This document shows positions 20,582 through 24,000 of a stretch of 24,000 nucleotides of DNA, one piece after another. The translations under genes were made by a program, and so were the position numbers. Every line of letters begins with the position of its first letter. Within the stretch, counting starts at the first letter, position 1. The notes below the pieces were generated by a model, which had not been told where the DNA came from, made no database searches, and saw only the letters and a list, made by a program, of their open reading frames with translations. The stretch comes from Xanthobacteraceae bacterium (GTDB lineage: Bacteria; Pseudomonadota; Alphaproteobacteria; Rhizobiales; Xanthobacteraceae): assembly GCA_035556735.1 (NCBI GenBank), contig DATMFF010000012.1, positions 3,705 through 27,704 on the forward strand, in the 5' to 3' direction.

Positions 20582-21799
20582 TCAGCTGGATTTGGAGCGG
20601 GTCGCCGCTGCGCTGATCGGTACCAGCACGAAGCCGCGACGTTCGGCCGACTTGGCCCATTGCGCCACCCGCTCAAGCGAGATCGGCAGCGCGCTCGCCA
20701 GCCCCACGGCCGTTCCATTGGTGCGCGCGACGGCTTCGAGCTTGGAGAAGGCCTTGGCCATCTCGGCTTGCGTGGGTACGGCGTCGAGGACAACATCGAC
20801 CTTGGCGAACGACAGATTGTTGCCACCCGCGATCTGGCTGGCCAGGCTGCGCACGGACGCGCCGTCGTCGACGTAGATCAGGCCGCGCCGGGCGATCTCC
20901 TTGAGCACAGGCATCAGCGCCGCTTCGGCGGCGGTGAAACGCGCGCCCATGAAATTGGTAACGCCGACGAATCCCGCGAAACGGCTCATCAGCCAATAGA
21001 GCCGGTCCGTGTTCTGCTCGGCGGTCAGGGAGGTCAGGAGCGTCTGTGGGCCGGGATCATTGTCGGGGTAGTCGAACGGCTCCATGGGCACCTGCAGCAG
21101 CACCTCGTGGCCGCCCTGACGCGCCTTGGCGACGGCGCTCGCCACGTCCGGCCCGTAGGGCGTGAACGCGAGGGTCACCGGCCCGGGCAGCCTCGCGGTC
21201 GCATCCGCCGTCAGCTTGGCGCCGACGCCCAGCCCGGAGAACACGATGGCGATGCGCGGTGCGCCAGGATTTCCACCGGGGGATACCGGCACGGCGTAGG
21301 CTTCGGCCGGACGCGTGCCATCAGCGGCGACCTTCGGGATGGGCCCGTGCCGCGAGGATTCCATAAGGCGCTGGTCGCCAGCGGCGGCCTTGCTGTCGTG
21401 GCCGCCGATCGGGACCTCCTGCCGCTTGCCGGTGCTGCCGTCGATGATCGTGACGACGCTCTGGTCCGAGGGCTGGCCAGGAGCGGTGGCGGCAGGCGGG
21501 GATGCGGCCGCCGTGTCGGGCCTGGGTGCGCCCGCGGGTCGGGCCACCGACGCAGGGCCGAGCGTCAGCACTGCGCTCGGCTCGCCGCCCATGGGATCGC
21601 TGGCGAACATGGCCCAGCCGATGAAAACAAGCAGCGCACAGCCGAGCACGCCCGCGGCCATCGTCGATGGCGCGACCGGCAACCGCCAGCGCACACCTGC
21701 CTTGGCAGGCGCGCGCTGCCCCAGCGGCGCACTCAGGTCATCAGCAGCCACGGCCCCCCGTCCCTGCGAATCATCCGGAGAGCTTATCATCATGTCCAT
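20582..21799 (-). CDS. divergent polysaccharide deacetylase family protein (YibQ-like) with an N-terminal membrane anchor and low-complexity Ala/Pro region
   Basis: Frame of ORF 20582..21826. The C-terminal ~230 aa (PRIAIVFSGLG...LAFTPYG...GHEVLLQVPMEPFDYPDNDPGP..L...) match my memory of the YibQ/PF04748 family. The TTG at 21826 lies inside the ctpA terminator stem, so I start at ATG 21799. Later ATGs (21793, 21790) are possible. Confidence 0.82.
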   Translation of the reverse strand: MDMMISSPDDSQGRGAVAADDLSAPLGQRAPAKAGVRWRLPVAPSTMAAGVLGCALLVFIGWAMFASDPMGGEPSAVLTLGPASVARPAGAPRPDTAAASPPAATAPGQPSDQSVVTIIDGSTGKRQEVPIGGHDSKAAAGDQRLMESSRHGPIPKVAADGTRPAEAYAVPVSPGGNPGAPRIAIVFSGLGVGAKLTADATARLPGPVTLAFTPYGPDVASAVAKARQGGHEVLLQVPMEPFDYPDNDPGPQTLLTSLTAEQNTDRLYWLMSRFAGFVGVTNFMGARFTAAEAALMPVLKEIARRGLIYVDDGASVRSLASQIAGGNNLSFAKVDVVLDAVPTQAEMAKAFSKLEAVARTNGTAVGLASALPISLERVAQWAKSAERRGFVLVPISAAATRSKSS

Positions 21800-21824
21800 C
21801 AGCGGGAGTTTGCCGCCCCGAATC

Positions 21825-21853
21825 AAAACGGGGCGGCTGAGGCCGCCCCGTTT
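21825..21853 (-). terminator. Rho-independent terminator after ctpA (also hairpin-competent on the + strand)
   Basis: On the minus strand it reads AAACGGGGCGGC-ctca-GCCGCCCCGTTT, then TGATT. That is a 12-bp perfect stem and a 4-nt loop followed by a U-run, starting 18 nt after the ctpA stop. Confidence 0.78.
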
Positions 21854-21871
21854 GGATCGAGTTGCGTGAGG

Positions 21872-23200
21872 TCAGTTCGGGACTGCCACCTTCGAGCTCG
21901 GCGGATAGGCCGAGTTGGCCTGCACGCCGCGCATCAGATCGAGCGCGGTCTTGAGCGCCTTGTCGTCCTTGGCGTCGGGCGGAACATAGGACTGGGAGCC
22001 GCCGCCCTCCTCGCCCTCGGCCTTCAGGTGGCCGCGCAGCGAGGCTTCGCCCTTGGTCTCCACCGCCCGTGACTTCACCTCGTCGGGCACGTCCTGCAGC
22101 ACCTCGATGTCAGGCGAAATACCCTTGGCCTGGATCGAGCGTCCCGAGGGGGTGTAGTAGCGCGCCGTCGTCAGCCGCAGCGCGCCGTTGCCGGGCCCAA
22201 GCGGGATGATGGTCTGCACCGAGCCCTTGCCGAACGAGCGCGACCCGATGAGCGTCGCGCGCTTGTGATCTTGCAGGGCGCCGGCGACGATCTCCGAAGC
22301 CGAAGCCGAGCCGCCGTTGATCAGCACGATGACCGGCTTGGACTTGGTGAGGTCGCCCGGCCGTGCGTTGAAGCGCTGCGTCTCGTCGGCGTCGCGGCCG
22401 CGGGTCGAGACGATCTCGCCACGATCGAGGAATGCGTCCGAGACTGAGATTGCCTGGTCGAGCAGTCCGCCGGGATTGTTGCGCAGGTCGACGACGTAAC
22501 CCTTCAGCTTGTCGCCGAGCTGCTTGTTGATGTCCTCGAGCGCCTTCTTCAGGCCCTCGGTGGTCTGCTCGTTGAATTGGGTGATGCGGATATAGCCGAT
22601 GTCGTCACCTTCCACACGCGAGCGCACCGACCGCACGCGGATGATGTCGCGGACGATCGTCACCTCGATCGGCTTCTCGACTCCCTTGCGCGTGATGCGC
22701 AGGTTGATCTTGGTGTTGACCAAGCCCCGCATCTTCTCGACCGCCTGATTGAGCGTGAGGCCCTGCACCGCCTCGTCGTCGAGGTGGGTGATGATGTCAC
22801 CCGCGCGCACGCCCGCCTTCGCGGCCGGCGTGTCGTCGATCGGAGCCACGACCTTCACCAAGCCGTCCTCCATCGTCACCTCGATGCCCAGACCGCCGAA
22901 CTCTCCGCGCGTCTGCACCTGCATGTCGCGGAAGCTCTTGGGGTCCATGTAGCTCGAATGTGGATCGAGCCCGTTGAGCATCCCGTTGATCGCCGATTCG
23001 ACCAGCTTGGAGTCGTCCGGCCGTTCGACGTAATGCGTACGCACCCGCTCGAAGATGTCGCCGAACAGATTGAGCTGGCGATACGTGTCCGCTGCGGCCG
23101 CACGAGCCGATGTGCCCATCCACAGCCGCGGCTGTGTCGCGGCGAGGGTCATCGCAACGCCGGCCGCCACGCCAAGCAGAACGAGAGGAGTCTTGCGCAT
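21872..23200 (-). CDS. ctpA: carboxy-terminal processing protease (S41 family)
   Basis: Frame of ORF 21872..23518, started at ATG 23200 (MRKTPLVLLGVAAGVAMTLAA signal/anchor). It has a PDZ segment (GGLGIEVTMEDGLVKVVAPIDDTPAAKAGVRAGD), the catalytic Ser block GGSASASEI and the Lys block FGKGSVQ. The upstream 106 codons of the ORF are antisense to the preceding gene. The product is 442 aa. Confidence 0.92.
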   Translation of the reverse strand: MRKTPLVLLGVAAGVAMTLAATQPRLWMGTSARAAAADTYRQLNLFGDIFERVRTHYVERPDDSKLVESAINGMLNGLDPHSSYMDPKSFRDMQVQTRGEFGGLGIEVTMEDGLVKVVAPIDDTPAAKAGVRAGDIITHLDDEAVQGLTLNQAVEKMRGLVNTKINLRITRKGVEKPIEVTIVRDIIRVRSVRSRVEGDDIGYIRITQFNEQTTEGLKKALEDINKQLGDKLKGYVVDLRNNPGGLLDQAISVSDAFLDRGEIVSTRGRDADETQRFNARPGDLTKSKPVIVLINGGSASASEIVAGALQDHKRATLIGSRSFGKGSVQTIIPLGPGNGALRLTTARYYTPSGRSIQAKGISPDIEVLQDVPDEVKSRAVETKGEASLRGHLKAEGEEGGGSQSYVPPDAKDDKALKTALDLMRGVQANSAYPPSSKVAVPN

Positions 23201-24000
23201 TATCCGCGAACCTTTTCGTTTGCAGGTACTTCGTTGTTTCCAGTCATGGCCCACCACGGAGCCGGGTCGATCGGAATCCCATCCTTGCGGAATTCGATAT
23301 AGAGCACGGGCTGGGTCGAGCCAGCCATCATCGCCGGTGCAACTTGCGGGCCGTTTCCCATGACGGCTATCGGCTCGCCGGTCAGGACAAACTGTCCGAC
23401 CTCCACAGAATAAGCCTCCATGCCCGCCAACACCACATGATATCCGCCGCCCGCATTGAGGATCAAGAGTTGCCCATACGAACGGTAAGGCGCGGCATAT
23501 ACGACCCAGCCATCGCATGGGGCGGTGACCTGGGCCCCTGGCCGGGTGGCGACCGACATGCCCTTCTCGACGCCGCCGACGCCGTCTGCGGCACCGAAAT
23601 CCCTGACCTTCACCCCGCTTGCCGGTAACCTGAGCGTGCCTTTGGCGGCGGCAAAGGACACCGCCGGCGTCATCCGCCCCGGATCGTTCAATGCCGCAAG
23701 ATTGATCCGTCCGTCATCGCCGTTGCGGGTGACGGCGCGTTGTGCGCGGGTGGCCGGATCAAGGCCTTGCTCGAGCCTGGCGATGAGGTCCTTTAAATTG
23801 TCGACCTGCCGCGCCAAGGCCGCGGCGCGCGTCCGCTCGCCCTCGAGCGAACGCTCCATCTCGGCCTGCCGGCGCTGCCGTTCGTTAATCAGTCCGGACA
23901 GGCGCTGGCGCTCGTCCGACATTGCCGCAAGGTCGCGCGTGAGAGTTTCGCGCTCAGCGCCGATTTCCGTGCGCACGCGCCCGAGGCTAGCGAGGTCGGC
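23200..24000 (-). CDS. EnvC-like murein hydrolase activator (coiled-coil plus degenerate LytM/M23 domain); 5' end lies beyond the window
   Basis: The reading frame stays open to position 24000, and the GTG at 23976 is only the ORF-caller start. It has a coiled-coil segment (RQAEMERSLEGERTRAAALARQVDNLKDLIARLEQ) and a C-terminal LytM fold ending PVLYIEFRKDGIPIDPAPWW (compare E. coli EnvC SLYFEIRRQGQAVNPQPWL). The stop TAA overlaps the ctpA ATG (TAATG). Confidence 0.85.
   Translation of the reverse strand, partial: ADLASLGRVRTEIGAERETLTRDLAAMSDERQRLSGLINERQRRQAEMERSLEGERTRAAALARQVDNLKDLIARLEQGLDPATRAQRAVTRNGDDGRINLAALNDPGRMTPAVSFAAAKGTLRLPASGVKVRDFGAADGVGGVEKGMSVATRPGAQVTAPCDGWVVYAAPYRSYGQLLILNAGGGYHVVLAGMEAYSVEVGQFVLTGEPIAVMGNGPQVAPAMMAGSTQPVLYIEFRKDGIPIDPAPWWAMTGNNEVPANEKVRG

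Noticed and set aside
19676-22072. 798-aa plus-strand ORF spanning the atpC 3' end, the atp terminator, rppH and the deacetylase gene
   Set aside because: It runs straight through a strong intrinsic terminator and is antisense to two genes with clear family motifs. Its sequence is Arg/Gly/Ala-rich with no domains.
23201-23518. N-terminal extensions offered by the ORF track (ctpA to 23518; also sucB from 2921, lpdA from 4394, SDR from 5926, DUF4337 to 8151, xerC to 9324, priA from 9355, atpH from 14790, rppH to 20506)
   Set aside because: The extensions overlap the neighbouring gene or intergenic structures, lack homologous sequence, and sit ahead of internal starts that match conserved N-termini and (mostly) SD motifs.

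Overview
GC-rich (mid-60s % by eye, not computed) chromosomal segment. Its protein sequences and gene order look like an alphaproteobacterium of the Hyphomicrobiales, Bradyrhizobium/Nitrobacteraceae-like; this is inferred from memory of homologues, not searched. I call 20 CDS. They are sucA-sucB-lpdA (2-oxoglutarate dehydrogenase complex), an SDR oxidoreductase, two uncharacterised membrane proteins (one DUF4337-like), xerC, priA, three consecutive small-molecule transporters (SugE/Gdx SMR, CynX-like MFS, EamA/DMT), the F1 ATP synthase operon atpHAGDC, rppH, and an envelope cluster (EnvC-like degenerate LytM protein, CtpA S41 protease, YibQ-like divergent polysaccharide deacetylase). I found no rRNA, tRNA, CRISPR array, transposase, phage gene or recognisable defence or toxin system. 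This is mostly conserved core genome, and I cannot support a new multi-gene system here. Many ORF-track entries are N-terminally over-extended, and I re-set those starts from domain boundaries and Shine-Dalgarno (SD) context. The very long antisense ORFs are high-GC artefacts. The points worth a second look are all small and non-coding or borderline. They include a ~590-bp gene-free, structure-rich gap between sugE and atpH, which holds a REP-like hairpin and a partly GC3-biased upstream ORF. They also include a 13-bp perfect inverted repeat in the xerC/priA divergent region and an AT-only 16-bp palindrome followed by an exact 17-bp tandem duplication across a start codon. Others are nested palindromes in front of sucB, a strong terminator inside the ctpA/deacetylase cluster, and a TAATG-coupled EnvC-like/CtpA pair.
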